Shown here: one piece after another, positions 18,187 to 27,427 of the stretch
How the letters are laid out: each line of letters begins with the position of its first letter
Position numbering within the stretch: position 1 is the first letter of the stretch
Source of the DNA: a virus
Taxonomy: Duplodnaviria; Heunggongvirae; Uroviricota; Caudoviricetes
DNA length: 35,240 nt
Reading direction: 5' to 3' (one strand)
Virus record (IMG/VR): IMGVR_UViG_649989946_000003
Position numbers and translations under genes: made by a program
Notes under the pieces: generated by a model
Told to the model about the DNA's origin: nothing
The model's input: the letters and a program-made list of their open reading frames with translations, nothing else
Databases searched by the model: none

Positions 18187-18580
18187 AGCGGTGCCTTATG
18201 TCCGCAATAACCCGGACAAACTGCATCTGTTTGTGGATAACGGTTCGCTGGTTGCCACGGGGGCCAGCTCTATGTCGTGGGAGTACCGTTACACCCTGAA
18301 CGCGGTGATTGAGGATTTCAGCGGCGACCAGAATCTGCTGATGGCCCCGGTTTTGCTGTGGCTGAGGGATAACCAGCCCGATGCCATCAATAACCCGGCG
18401 TTACGGAAAAAACTATTCACCTTTGAGGTGGATATTCTGCGCAACGATGTCTGTGATATCAGCCTGAACCTGCAACTGACGGAGCGTGTGCTGGTCAGCA
18501 CTGACGGTAGTGTGTCGAGCGTTGAAGCTATAGCGGAACCTGATGAACCTGAAGAAATGTGGACGGTGAAACGTGGCTGA
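18149..18580 (+). CDS. R: tail completion protein R
   Basis: GTG at 18149 with AGGAG 7 nt upstream; P2 gpR position and size. Confidence 0.8.
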   Translation: MNKPQSLRHALNKAVPYVRNNPDKLHLFVDNGSLVATGASSMSWEYRYTLNAVIEDFSGDQNLLMAPVLLWLRDNQPDAINNPALRKKLFTFEVDILRNDVCDISLNLQLTERVLVSTDGSVSSVEAIAEPDEPEEMWTVKRG

Positions 18581-19019
18581 ACTGCAGAAAGTGGACGACT
18601 GGCTGAGTGCCTTGCTGGCGAATCTGGAACCAGCCGCCAGAAGCCGCATGATGCGCCAGCTGGCGCAGGAACTGCGCCGGACACAGCAGCAGAACATCAG
18701 GATGCAACTCAATCCTGATGGCAGCAGCTATGAACCGAGGCGAGTAACAGCACGCAGTAAAAAAGGCCGTATCAAACGGCAGATGTTTACAAAACTTCGC
18801 ACCACAAAATACCTGAAAACCGCCGCCAGCGAGGATTCTGCCAGCGTGCAGTTTGAAGGTAAGGTGCAGCGCATTGCCCGCGTTCACCATTATGGCCTGC
18901 GTGATCGCGTCAGCCGCAAAGGACCGGAGGTCCGTTACGCAGAGCGTCGCCTTCTGGGCGTAAATGATGATGTTGAGGCAATGACCCGCGACATGATTCT
19001 GCAATGGTTGGCGGGGTGA
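18573..19019 (+). CDS. S: tail completion protein S
   Basis: 148 aa, overlaps the R stop; P2 gpS position and size. Confidence 0.8.
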   Translation: MAELQKVDDWLSALLANLEPAARSRMMRQLAQELRRTQQQNIRMQLNPDGSSYEPRRVTARSKKGRIKRQMFTKLRTTKYLKTAASEDSASVQFEGKVQRIARVHHYGLRDRVSRKGPEVRYAERRLLGVNDDVEAMTRDMILQWLAG

Positions 19020-19023
19020 TTTT

Positions 19024-19041
19024 TGTACCAGCACTGATACA
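19024..19041. promoter_or_regulatory. Ogr/Delta-type late activator site (TGT-N12-ACA) for the V-W-J-I-H-G operon
   Basis: TGT (19024-19026) + 12 nt + ACA (19039-19041), about 50 nt upstream of V. Confidence 0.5.
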
Positions 19042-19087
19042 AGTTGCAGCACTGCCGCCTTTCTTCCCCTGATGGCAACCTTTCCCT

Positions 19088-19666
19088 ATGAACGCACAAT
19101 TAACCGAAATCATGCGCCTTATCACCAACCTGATCCGCACAGGTGTAGTCACCGAAGTGGACCGGGAAAACTGGCTTTGCCGGGTGAAAACAGGCGAGCT
19201 TGAAACCAACTGGATTAGCTGGCTGACGCTGCGTGCCGGGAATGCCCGGACATGGTGGCGACCATCGGAAGGTGAGCAGGTGGTGCTGCTGAGTCTGGGC
19301 GGTAATCTGGAAACAGCTTTTGCGCTGCCCGCCATCTATTCGAATCAGTTCGCACCACCGTCGACGTCGGCGGACGCCTGCGTGACAGAACATCCTGACG
19401 GTGGCTGGTTTGAATACGAACCCGCCACCGGGCGCTGGTATGTCAGGGGCATCAAATCCATGGTCATTGAGGCTGTCGACAACATCACCATGAAAACCAG
19501 TGAGTTTGTACTGGAGGCTGACCGCACGCGCATTAACAGCGAAGTGGTGATCAATGGTGGCGTTACCCAGGGCGGCGGAGCGATGAATTCTAACGGGATT
19601 GTGGTTGATGCGCATCAGCATACTGGCGTCCTGAAAGGCGGCGACACAACCGGAGGTCCGGTATGA
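19088..19666 (+). CDS. V: baseplate assembly/spike protein V
   Basis: 192 aa, first gene of the baseplate operon; P2 gpV position. Confidence 0.9.
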   Translation: MNAQLTEIMRLITNLIRTGVVTEVDRENWLCRVKTGELETNWISWLTLRAGNARTWWRPSEGEQVVLLSLGGNLETAFALPAIYSNQFAPPSTSADACVTEHPDGGWFEYEPATGRWYVRGIKSMVIEAVDNITMKTSEFVLEADRTRINSEVVINGGVTQGGGAMNSNGIVVDAHQHTGVLKGGDTTGGPV

Positions 19667-20022
19667 CGCTTTATAGCGGGATGAACAATACCAGCGGCAA
19701 AGCCATTACTGATATTGACCATCTGCGCCAGTCGGTTCGGGACATTCTGCTGACACCGCAGGGTAGCCGTATTGCCCGTCGGGAATATGGTTCCCTGCTG
19801 TCGGCACTGATAGACCAGCCACAAAATCCGGCATTACGCCTGCAGGTCATGTCGGCAGTGTATGTGGCGCTGAGTCGCTGGGAGCCACGGCTGACGCTGG
19901 ATTCCATCACCATTAACAGCAATTTTGACGGTTCAATGGTGGTGGAGCTGACCGGGCGGCGTAATAACGGTGTGCCTGTTTCCCTTTCCGTATCAACAGG
20001 AGCAGAGAATGGCAGTGATTGA
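19663..20022 (+). CDS. W: baseplate protein W (gp25-like)
   Basis: 119 aa, RBS GGAGG, overlaps the V stop. Confidence 0.9.
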   Translation: MTLYSGMNNTSGKAITDIDHLRQSVRDILLTPQGSRIARREYGSLLSALIDQPQNPALRLQVMSAVYVALSRWEPRLTLDSITINSNFDGSMVVELTGRRNNGVPVSLSVSTGAENGSD

Positions 20023-20917
20023 CCTTTCGCAGTTGCCTGCGCCGCAGATTGTGGATGTGCCGGACTTTGAGACGCTGCTTGCCGAACGCAAGGCCGAATT
20101 TGTGGCGCTTCATCCGAAAGATGAGCAGGAAGCAGTGATCCGCACGCTGGAACTGGAATCTGAACCCGTTACCAAATTGTTGCAGGAGAATGCTTACCGT
20201 GAGTTGCTTCTGCGCCAGCGCATTAACGAAGCCGCGCATGCTGTGATGGTGGCTTACGCGATGGGCGGCGATCTTGACCAGCTCGCTGCCAACTACAACG
20301 TGAAACGCCTGACGGTGACGCCTGCTGATAATGACGCTGTGCCACCCGTTGCGGCTGTGATGGAAAGCGATGAAGCGTTACGCCTGCGTGTGCCTGCGGC
20401 TTTTGAAGGGCTTTCGGTTGCGGGGCCAACCGCAGCTTATGAATTTCATGCCCGAAGCGCCGACGGTCGGGTGGCTGATGCCAGTGCAACCAGCCCGGCA
20501 CCTGCAGAGGTGGTACTGACTGTCCTTAGCCGCGAAGGCGACGGAACAGCAGAAAAAGACCTGCTGGATGTGGTGGAGAACGCCCTGAACAGTGAGAACG
20601 TCCGCCCGGTGGCTGACCGTCTGACGGTTCGCAGCGCAGAAATCATACCGTACCGCGTGGAAGCCACCATTTTTCTCTATCCGGGGCCGGAAGCAGAGCC
20701 GGTAATGGCAGCGGCAAAAGCCAGCCTGCAGAAGTACATCGCCAGTCAGACGCGGCTTGGTCGGGATATTCGCCGTAGCGCCATCTTTGCCGCCCTGCAT
20801 GTTGAGGGTGTGCAGCGTGTGGAGCTGGCTTCGCCGCTGGCGGATGTGGTTTTGAACAAAACGCAGGCGGCATCATGTACGGAGTGGAGCGTGACCAACG
20901 GGGGAACGGATGAATAG
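20009..20917 (+). CDS. J: baseplate assembly protein J
   Basis: 302 aa from the ATG at 20009 (AGGAG 7 nt upstream), the same length as P2 gpJ. Confidence 0.9.
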   Translation: MAVIDLSQLPAPQIVDVPDFETLLAERKAEFVALHPKDEQEAVIRTLELESEPVTKLLQENAYRELLLRQRINEAAHAVMVAYAMGGDLDQLAANYNVKRLTVTPADNDAVPPVAAVMESDEALRLRVPAAFEGLSVAGPTAAYEFHARSADGRVADASATSPAPAEVVLTVLSREGDGTAEKDLLDVVENALNSENVRPVADRLTVRSAEIIPYRVEATIFLYPGPEAEPVMAAAKASLQKYIASQTRLGRDIRRSAIFAALHVEGVQRVELASPLADVVLNKTQAASCTEWSVTNGGTDE

Positions 20918-21515
20918 TCTGCTGCCATCGGGGTCAACTTCACTGGAGCGCCGACTGGCGCAGACCTGTAGCGGGATTTCTGATCTGCAGGTGCCGCTGC
21001 GTGACTTGTGGAATCCGGCTACCTGCCCGGTCAGCTTCCTGCCTTATCTCGCCTGGGCGTTCTCTGTGGATCGCTGGGACGAAGGCTGGACAGAAAGCGT
21101 CAAGCGCCAGGTGGTGAAGGATGCTTTTTATATTCATCAGCATAAAGGGACCACCAGTGCCGTGCGGCGGGTGGTGGAGCCGTTCGGCTTTCTAATCCGC
21201 ATTATTGAGTGGTGGCAGACCGGAGAGGCACCGGGCACGTTTCGTCTGGATATCGGCGTGCAGGACCAGGGCATCACTGAAGATACCTATCTGGAACTTG
21301 AGCGGCTGATAAGCGATGCCAAACCATGTAGCCGTCACATGATCGGCATGTCCATCAATCTGCAGACCAGCGGTCCGCATTGGGTGGGGGCCGCCAGCTA
21401 TCTTGGCGAAGAAATCACGATCTATCCGTATATCAACGAAACAATTATTTCTGGCGGCACCGCGCATGAAGGCGGGGCGGTCCATGTTATTGACACAATG
21501 AGAGTGAATCCATGA
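20910..21515 (+). CDS. I: baseplate/tail protein I
   Basis: 201 aa, overlaps the J stop; P2 gpI position. Confidence 0.9.
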   Translation: MNSLLPSGSTSLERRLAQTCSGISDLQVPLRDLWNPATCPVSFLPYLAWAFSVDRWDEGWTESVKRQVVKDAFYIHQHKGTTSAVRRVVEPFGFLIRIIEWWQTGEAPGTFRLDIGVQDQGITEDTYLELERLISDAKPCSRHMIGMSINLQTSGPHWVGAASYLGEEITIYPYINETIISGGTAHEGGAVHVIDTMRVNP

Positions 21516-23053
21516 GCACAAAATTTTATACCCTGCTGACGGATATTGGCGCGGCGAAACTTGCCAGCGCCGCCGCGCTCGGTGTGCCGCTAAAAATTAC
21601 CCATATGGCGGTCGGCGATGGCGGCGGAGTATTGCCAACGCCAGACTCAAAGCAGACTGCACTGGTAAATGAGAAACGCCGGGCTGCGCTGAATATGCTC
21701 TATATCGACCCGCAGAACAGCAGCCAGATTATTGCCGAACAGGTGATCCCTGAAAACGAGGGCGGTTGGTGGATACGTGAAGTGGGCTTGTTTGATGAGT
21801 CCGGGGCATTGATTGCCGTGGGCAACTGCCCGGAAAGCTATAAGCCGCAACTGGCTGAAGGTAGCGGGCGCACTCAGACCGTGCGCATGGTGCTGATTAC
21901 CAGCAGCACGGACAATATCACCCTGAAAATCGACCCTGCCGTAGTGCTGGCAACCCGCAAGTATGTGGATGACAAGGCACTGGAGCTGAAGGTGTACGCG
22001 GATGATCAGATGGCAAAACATCTTGCCGCACCGGACCCGCATTCACAGTATGCACCCAAAGAAAGTCCGACGTTTACCGGGACACCCAAAGCGCCAACGC
22101 CAGCCGCAGGGAATAACACCACGCAGATTGCGACCACCGCGTTTGTTCAGGCGGCTCTGACGGCTCTTATTAATGGTGCGCCAGCCACGTTGGACACACT
22201 GAAAGAAATAGCCGCAGCCATTAACAATGATCCGAAATTCAGTACCACCATTAACAATGCGCTGGCACTGAAAGCGCCGCTGTCGAGTCCGGCACTCACC
22301 GGAACGCCAACCGCACCTACTGCGGCACAGTCGGTCAACAATACACAGATTGCCACCACGGCATTTGTGAAATCGGCGATTGCGGCAATGGTGGGTTCTG
22401 CACCTGCGGCACTGGATACACTGAACGAACTGGCGGCAGCGCTGGGGAATGACCCGAACTTTGCCACGACAATGCTTAATGCGCTGGCAGGTAAACAACC
22501 GCTGGACAATACGCTGACTAATTTGAGTGGAAAGGATGTAGCTGGTCTTCTCACATACCTTGGTTTGGGAGAAGGTTCGGCATTACCTGTTGGTGTACCT
22601 GTTCCATGGCCTTCAGCCATTCCGCCGACAGGCTGGCTGAAATGCAACGGTGCAGCTTTTTCTGCTGAAGAATACCCGGAACTGGCAAAGGCTTATCCGA
22701 CAAATAAATTGCCTGATTTACGTGGTGAGTTTATTCGTGGCTGGGATGACGGGCGTGGAGCTGACAGTGGTCGGGGATTATTAAGCTTTCAAAAAGCCAC
22801 TCTGGTTGAAAGTTTTGGTCTGGTCAGGTCACCAACCACTGGCTCTTATCGTCTGGTTACCAGACCGACAGAAACTGTTTCTGATAATACGTCTAACTAT
22901 ATGACGACTGATTATGATTCCCGTGAAGGTTTATATTCCTCTGCAACAGCATACCCCTCTATCGAATTGCCACCAACTGGAGCAGGCGCAGGGGCTGGTT
23001 TTAGGGTTCGACCAAGGAATATTGCATTTAACTATATTGTGAGGGCTGCATAA
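21512..23053 (+). CDS. H: tail fibre protein H (constant N-terminal part fused to the currently expressed variable C-terminal part)
   Basis: 513 aa; N-terminal virion-attachment region, tandem fibre repeats, C-terminal receptor-binding part. A hix-like crossover site lies inside the gene at 22549-22574. Confidence 0.9.
   Translation: MSTKFYTLLTDIGAAKLASAAALGVPLKITHMAVGDGGGVLPTPDSKQTALVNEKRRAALNMLYIDPQNSSQIIAEQVIPENEGGWWIREVGLFDESGALIAVGNCPESYKPQLAEGSGRTQTVRMVLITSSTDNITLKIDPAVVLATRKYVDDKALELKVYADDQMAKHLAAPDPHSQYAPKESPTFTGTPKAPTPAAGNNTTQIATTAFVQAALTALINGAPATLDTLKEIAAAINNDPKFSTTINNALALKAPLSSPALTGTPTAPTAAQSVNNTQIATTAFVKSAIAAMVGSAPAALDTLNELAAALGNDPNFATTMLNALAGKQPLDNTLTNLSGKDVAGLLTYLGLGEGSALPVGVPVPWPSAIPPTGWLKCNGAAFSAEEYPELAKAYPTNKLPDLRGEFIRGWDDGRGADSGRGLLSFQKATLVESFGLVRSPTTGSYRLVTRPTETVSDNTSNYMTTDYDSREGLYSSATAYPSIELPPTGAGAGAGFRVRPRNIAFNYIVRAA
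22117..22500 (+). repeat. tandem ~50-aa coding repeat inside tail fibre H
   Basis: Two copies of ...TQIATTAFV..A...GAPA.LDTL.E.AAA..NDP.F.TT..NALA.K.P... Confidence 0.5.
22549..22574 (+). repeat. left inversion crossover site (hix-like)
   Basis: TCTCACATACCTTGGTTTGGGAGAAG, inside H. Confidence 0.6.
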
Positions 23054-23655
23054 TGGATAACGCCATATTAAATAGCGAGATTATCGCCACCAAAGCAGGG
23101 AATATTACCGTCTATAACTATGATGGTGAAACTCGAGAATATATTTCCACTTCAAATGAATATCTTGCTGTTGGCGTCGGTATCCCTGCATATTCCTGTT
23201 TAGATGCCCCTGGCACACATAAGGCGGGTTATGCTATCTGCCGTTCGATGGATTTAAACTCATGGGAATATGTGCCAGACCATCGCGGTGAAATCGTCTA
23301 TAACACCGAAACGGGAGACGCAAAAGAAATCACAACTCCGGGTGATTACCCCGAAGAAACAACCACTATCGCCCCGTTAACGCCATACGATAAATGGGAT
23401 GGTGAAAAATGGGTGACAGATACTGAGGCACAATACGGTGCCGCAGTAGACGCGGCAGAAGCACAGCGCCAGTCACTGATTGATGCAGCAATGGCTTCCA
23501 TCAGTCTGATTCAACTGAAATTGCAGGCCGGACATAAACTGACGCAGGCAGAAACAACCAGACTTAACGCTGTGCTGGATTACATTGACGCGGTGACGGC
23601 AACAGATACCAGCACCGCGCCGGATGTCATCTGGCCTGAACTGCCGGAGGCGTAG
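23053..23655 (+). CDS. G: tail fibre assembly chaperone G
   Basis: 200 aa; start overlaps the H stop (TAATG). Confidence 0.85.
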   Translation: MDNAILNSEIIATKAGNITVYNYDGETREYISTSNEYLAVGVGIPAYSCLDAPGTHKAGYAICRSMDLNSWEYVPDHRGEIVYNTETGDAKEITTPGDYPEETTTIAPLTPYDKWDGEKWVTDTEAQYGAAVDAAEAQRQSLIDAAMASISLIQLKLQAGHKLTQAETTRLNAVLDYIDAVTATDTSTAPDVIWPELPEA

Positions 23656-24070
23656 GCCATTCAATATCTGGCGCACCGGAAGTATCGATCAGCTCCAGTG
23701 CGTCCAGATAATCCAGCCACAAATTATATTGCGCCAGTTCATCACCTTTCAGACGACCAATAGCGGCTTTGCCGGGCCATTGCTTACTGTTCATGTATTC
23801 GTTGGCCTGGTTAATTAGTAGCTGTCTTTCTGATTCAGTAATTTCAATAAGTTCTTCATGCGTGGGTGGAGGAATATCTGCCCACGCGGGCTGCCCATCA
23901 CCTCCGGCAATACGGATTTTTCCTTGTGGCGGTTCAGCCATAAATTCACTGATAATATTTTGATTCACCTCTTTAGCATCTGATAAATCCCATCCCTCTG
24001 ATTTATATTTATCAATCATATCCACAGGGAAAAAAGCATTATGCCTTGCGCTATAAACATATTCGTTCAT
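23627..24070 (-). CDS. alternative tail fibre assembly chaperone (G')
   Basis: 147 aa from the ATG at 24070, convergent with and overlapping G; conserved C-terminal Tfa-like motif (YNLWLDYLDALELIDTSGAPDIEWP, compare G: LNAVLDYIDAVTATDTSTAPDVIWP). Confidence 0.8.
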   Translation of the reverse strand: MNEYVYSARHNAFFPVDMIDKYKSEGWDLSDAKEVNQNIISEFMAEPPQGKIRIAGGDGQPAWADIPPPTHEELIEITESERQLLINQANEYMNSKQWPGKAAIGRLKGDELAQYNLWLDYLDALELIDTSGAPDIEWPTPPAVQAR

Positions 24071-24090
24071 ATAAATCACCCTTAATAAAA

Positions 24091-24464
24091 TTACTCACCA
24101 ACAGCCCACCAACTGTAATTCATCGATACTGTGGAACTGGTTGATGCAGTTCTGTAAGCGGAATTAAAACCGGTTAATGTTGGACCTTCTGCGGTCATCA
24201 CGAATCCCCGTCCAGCACCTAAAGGTGCACCACCATCACCAGAATGAGTAAGCATGGCGCAGTCCACTTTTTTAGGAAAAGGGATGCTGAATGTAATTCT
24301 CATTGTTTGCGTCGATAATGTCGGCGTAACCGCACCTCGACCATATTGCAGGATTTTACCGTTGGGTAATTTCATCCATCCATCACCACTGGCAAAAGAA
24401 GCCATATCCGGTATCTGATTTTCCCCTGTTCCCACATCCCGTTTTGCCGCTTCTCCCAAACCAA
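24091..24464 (-). CDS. alternative tail fibre C-terminal segment (promoterless; expressed only after inversion)
   Basis: Minus-strand ORF ending at 24091, entering at the right crossover site where the shared GLGE junction codons lie. Confidence 0.65.
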
Positions 24465-24475
24465 CGTTTAAGAAA
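24450..24475 (-). repeat. right inversion crossover site (hix-like, inverted relative to the left site)
   Basis: Reverse complement reads TTTCTTAAACGTTGGTTTGGGAGAAG. Confidence 0.6.
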
Positions 24476-24531
24476 ATGCAGCGATTACGGCTAACTGGCA
24501 TCATCCCCTATTTTTATTCAGGGAGATGATC

Positions 24532-25097
24532 ATGCTTATTGGCTATGTACGCGTGTCAACAAATGACCAGAACACCGATTTGCAACGTAATGCGCTGAAC
24601 TGCGCGGGATGTGAGCGGATTTTTGAGGACAAAATCAGTGGCACTAAGTCCGACAGACCGGGGCTTAAAAAACTGCTCAGGACACTATTGGCAGGAGACA
24701 CGCTGGTTGTCTGGAAGCTGGACAGGTTGGGGCGCAGTATGCGGCATCTTGTTACGCTGATAGAAGAGTTGCGCCAGCGTGGTGTGAATTTCCGAAGCCT
24801 GACTGACAGTATTGATACCAGTACCCCAATGGGCCGTTTCTTTTTCATGTCATGGGTGCCCTGGCTGAAATGGAACGCGAACTGATAGTTGAACGTACCC
24901 GGGCAGGGCTGGCTGCAGCTCGTGCTAAAGGCAGAGTAGGTGGACGCCGTCCTAAGTTGACCACTGAACAGTGGGCACAGATTGGACGTTTACTCGAGGC
25001 CGGAGAATCAAGACAGCGTATTGCACTGATTTTTGATGTAGGCGTTTCTACCATTTATCGAAAATTTCCGGCAAATAAGAGCAATAAATCTCCCTGA
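24532..25097 (+). pseudogene. pin: Pin/Hin/Gin-family serine DNA invertase, split by a 1-nt frameshift in a T5 run (about 24841-24845)
   Basis: N-terminal part MLIGYVRVSTNDQNTDLQRNAL... stops after ...SIDTSTPMGRFFF; the continuation MGALAEMERELIVERTRAGLAAARAKGR... is in the next frame (ORFs 24526..24885 and 24852..25097). One extra T would restore the GRFFFHVMGALAEME junction recalled from e14 Pin. Confidence 0.8.
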
Positions 25098-25145
25098 ATC
25101 AGCTTTATTTTGATTATCCCTGAAAGCAGACAAATACCGTCATTT

Positions 25146-25163
25146 TGTGTGAATAACGGTACA
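25146..25163. promoter_or_regulatory. Ogr/Delta-type late activator site (TGT-N12-ACA) for the FI-FII-E-T-U-D operon
   Basis: TGT (25146-25148) + 12 nt + ACA (25161-25163), about 80 nt upstream of FI. Confidence 0.5.
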
Positions 25164-25239
25164 ACTGCGCTTAGCTGTTTGTCAGGCACAATCACTTCAA
25201 CATAGGGCGAAGCCTAATCCAATCAGGAGGTTCGCCACT

Positions 25240-26411
25240 ATGGCTCAGGATTACCACCACGGGGTGCGCGTTGTTGAAGTCAACGAAGGCACCCGATCCA
25301 TTACCACGGTGAGCACCGCCATCGTGGGTATGGTCTGCACGGGCGATGATGCCGATGCAAAAATGTTTCCTCTTAATAAACCCGTGCTGATCACTGATGT
25401 GCTGACTGCCAGCGGTAAAGCGGGTGAGTCCGGCACGCTGGCCCGTTCGCTGGATGCCATCGCTGACCAGGCAAAACCCGTGACCGTTGTTGTGCGTGTG
25501 CCGCAGGGTGAAACGGAAGAAGAAACCACGACCAATATCATCGGCGCAGTGACTGCTGAAGGTAAAAAACAGGCATGAAAGCTCTGTTATCTGCTCAGTC
25601 ACAGCTCGGCGTTAAACCGCGCATTCTGGGTGTACCAGGTCACGACACCAAGGCGGTAGCTACTGAGTTGCTGAGTGTGGCGCAAAGCCTGCGTGGGTTT
25701 GCTTACCTGTCAGCGTATGGCTGCAAGACTGTGCAGGAGGCAATCACTTACCGTGAAAACTTCAGCCAGCGCGAAGGGATGCTGATCTGGCCCGACTTTA
25801 CTGGCTGGGACACGGTGCTGAATGCCGAAGCAACGGCATATGCCACCGCCCGTGCGCTTGGTCTGCGTGCCAAAATTGATGAGCAGACCGGGTGGCACAA
25901 AAGCCTGTCCAACGTGGGCGTGAACGGTGTCACCGGAATTTCTGCTGATGTGTTCTGGGATCTGCAGGACCCGGCAACCGATGCGGGACTGCTTAACCAG
26001 AACGACGTCACCACGCTTGTGCGCAAGGATGGTTTCCGCTTCTGGGGTTCCCGCTGTCTGAGCGATGATCCGCTTTTTGCCTTCGAAAACTACACCCGCA
26101 CAGCGCAGGTACTGATGGACACAATGGCAGAAGCACATATGTGGGCGGTGGACAAACCGCTGAACCCGTCGCTGGCCCGCGACATTATCGAAGGTATCCG
26201 CGCCAAAATGCGCAACCTGGTCAGTCAGGGCTATCTCATTGGTGGTGATTGCTGGCTGGATGAGTCGGTGAACGACAAAGACACGCTGAAAGCCGGAAAA
26301 CTCACCATCGACTATGACTACACGCCAGTGCCGCCACTTGAAAATCTGATGCTGCGCCAGCGCATCACCGATCAGTACCTGGTGAATTTCGCCAGCCAGG
26401 TCAGCGCGTAA
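25240..26411 (+). pseudogene. FI: tail sheath protein FI, split by a 1-nt frameshift in an A6 run (25564-25569); may be a sequencing error
   Basis: ORF 25240..25578 matches my recollection of the P2 sheath N-terminus and ORF 25575..26411 the remainder (...[21 protein letters not shown]...). A seventh A would give in-frame ...[15 protein letters not shown]... Confidence 0.8.
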
Positions 26412-26420
26412 GGGGACAAC

Positions 26421-26936
26421 ATGGCTTTACCACGCAAATTAAAACATCTGAACTTGTTTAACGACGGGAACAACTGGCAGGGGATCGTTGAGTCGCTGAC
26501 GCTGCCGAAATTCACCCGCAAATATGAGAAGTATCGCGGCGGCGGTATGCCGGGGGCGGTGGATGTGGATTTGGGACTGGATGACAGTGCACTGGATACA
26601 GAATTTTCCATTGGTGGTACTGAGCTGCTGCTGTTTAAGCAGATGGGCAAAGCCACGGTGGATGGTATCCAGTTGCGCTTTACCGGCTCTATCCAGCGTG
26701 ATGATACCGGAGAAGTGCAGGCCGTGGAGCTTGTGGTGCGTGGGCGTCACAAAGAAGTGGATTCCGGCGAGTGGAAGACGGGCGAAAGCAACACCACCAA
26801 AGTGACCAGTACCAACAGCTACGCGAAGCTGACCATCAATGGTGAGGTGCTCTATGAAGTGGACCTTATCAACATGGTGGAAATTGTGGACGGTGTGGAC
26901 CTGATGGAAGCGCACCGCAACGCCCTCGGCCTCTGA
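26421..26936 (+). CDS. FII: tail tube protein FII
   Basis: 171 aa immediately after the sheath gene, RBS AGGGGA. Confidence 0.9.
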   Translation: MALPRKLKHLNLFNDGNNWQGIVESLTLPKFTRKYEKYRGGGMPGAVDVDLGLDDSALDTEFSIGGTELLLFKQMGKATVDGIQLRFTGSIQRDDTGEVQAVELVVRGRHKEVDSGEWKTGESNTTKVTSTNSYAKLTINGEVLYEVDLINMVEIVDGVDLMEAHRNALGL

Positions 26937-26947
26937 TGTATCTGAAC

Positions 26948-26965
26948 GGCGCGGAATGCCGCGCC
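26948..26965 (+). terminator. GC hairpin between FII and E (attenuator/terminator candidate)
   Basis: GGCGCGG aatg CCGCGCC, 7-bp GC stem with tetraloop; no obvious U-tract. Confidence 0.35.
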
Positions 26966-26990
26966 AGAACCTAATTTACAGGACAACAAA

Positions 26991-27293
26991 ATGAGCGATA
27001 AACAGACTGAAAAGACCATTCAACTGGATACCCCCATCATGCGCGGTAAAACAGAAATTACCGAAATTGTGCTGCGTAAACCGCAGTCCGGTGCGCTGCG
27101 CGGTACACGCCTGCAGGCCATTATGGATATGGATGTAAACGCGATGATGACCGTGATCCCCCGCATCTCCAGTCCGGCACTGACTGCGCAGGAAATTGCA
27201 GAGATGGACCCGGCAGATCTCACTGCCATGTCGGTTGAGGTTGTCACTTTTTTGTTGAAGAAGTCGGTGCTTGCCGGTTTACCGACAGCCTGA
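26991..27293 (+). CDS. E: tail assembly chaperone E
   Basis: 100 aa; slippery run T6G at 27248-27254 near the 3' end. Confidence 0.85.
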   Translation: MSDKQTEKTIQLDTPIMRGKTEITEIVLRKPQSGALRGTRLQAIMDMDVNAMMTVIPRISSPALTAQEIAEMDPADLTAMSVEVVTFLLKKSVLAGLPTA

Positions 27294-27427
27294 CGGTTGA
27301 CGATCTGGTGGCTGATATCGCCACCATCTTTCACTGGCCGCCATCCGTTACTGACGTTATGCCGCTGACCGAAGTGCTGGAATGGCGGTATAAAGCGATT
27401 CAGAGAAGCGGGGCCAACGATGAGTGA
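26991..27427 (+). CDS. E+E' tail chaperone made by programmed -1 translational frameshift at T6G
   Basis: After a -1 shift at the T TTT TTG heptamer the -1 frame stays open to the TGA at 27425-27427, overlapping the start of T. Conserved E/E' arrangement in P2-like phages. Confidence 0.6.

Larger units (their letters stand above)
22549..24475. mobile_element. invertible tail-fibre segment (Mu G / e14 P-segment-like), about 1.9 kb
   Basis: Bounded by inverted 26-bp hix/gix-like sites (21/26 identical, 15-bp perfect core TTGGTTTGGGAGAAG). Contains the H variable 3' part and G in one orientation and G' plus a promoterless alternative H 3' part in the other; invertase gene lies just outside. Confidence 0.75.
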
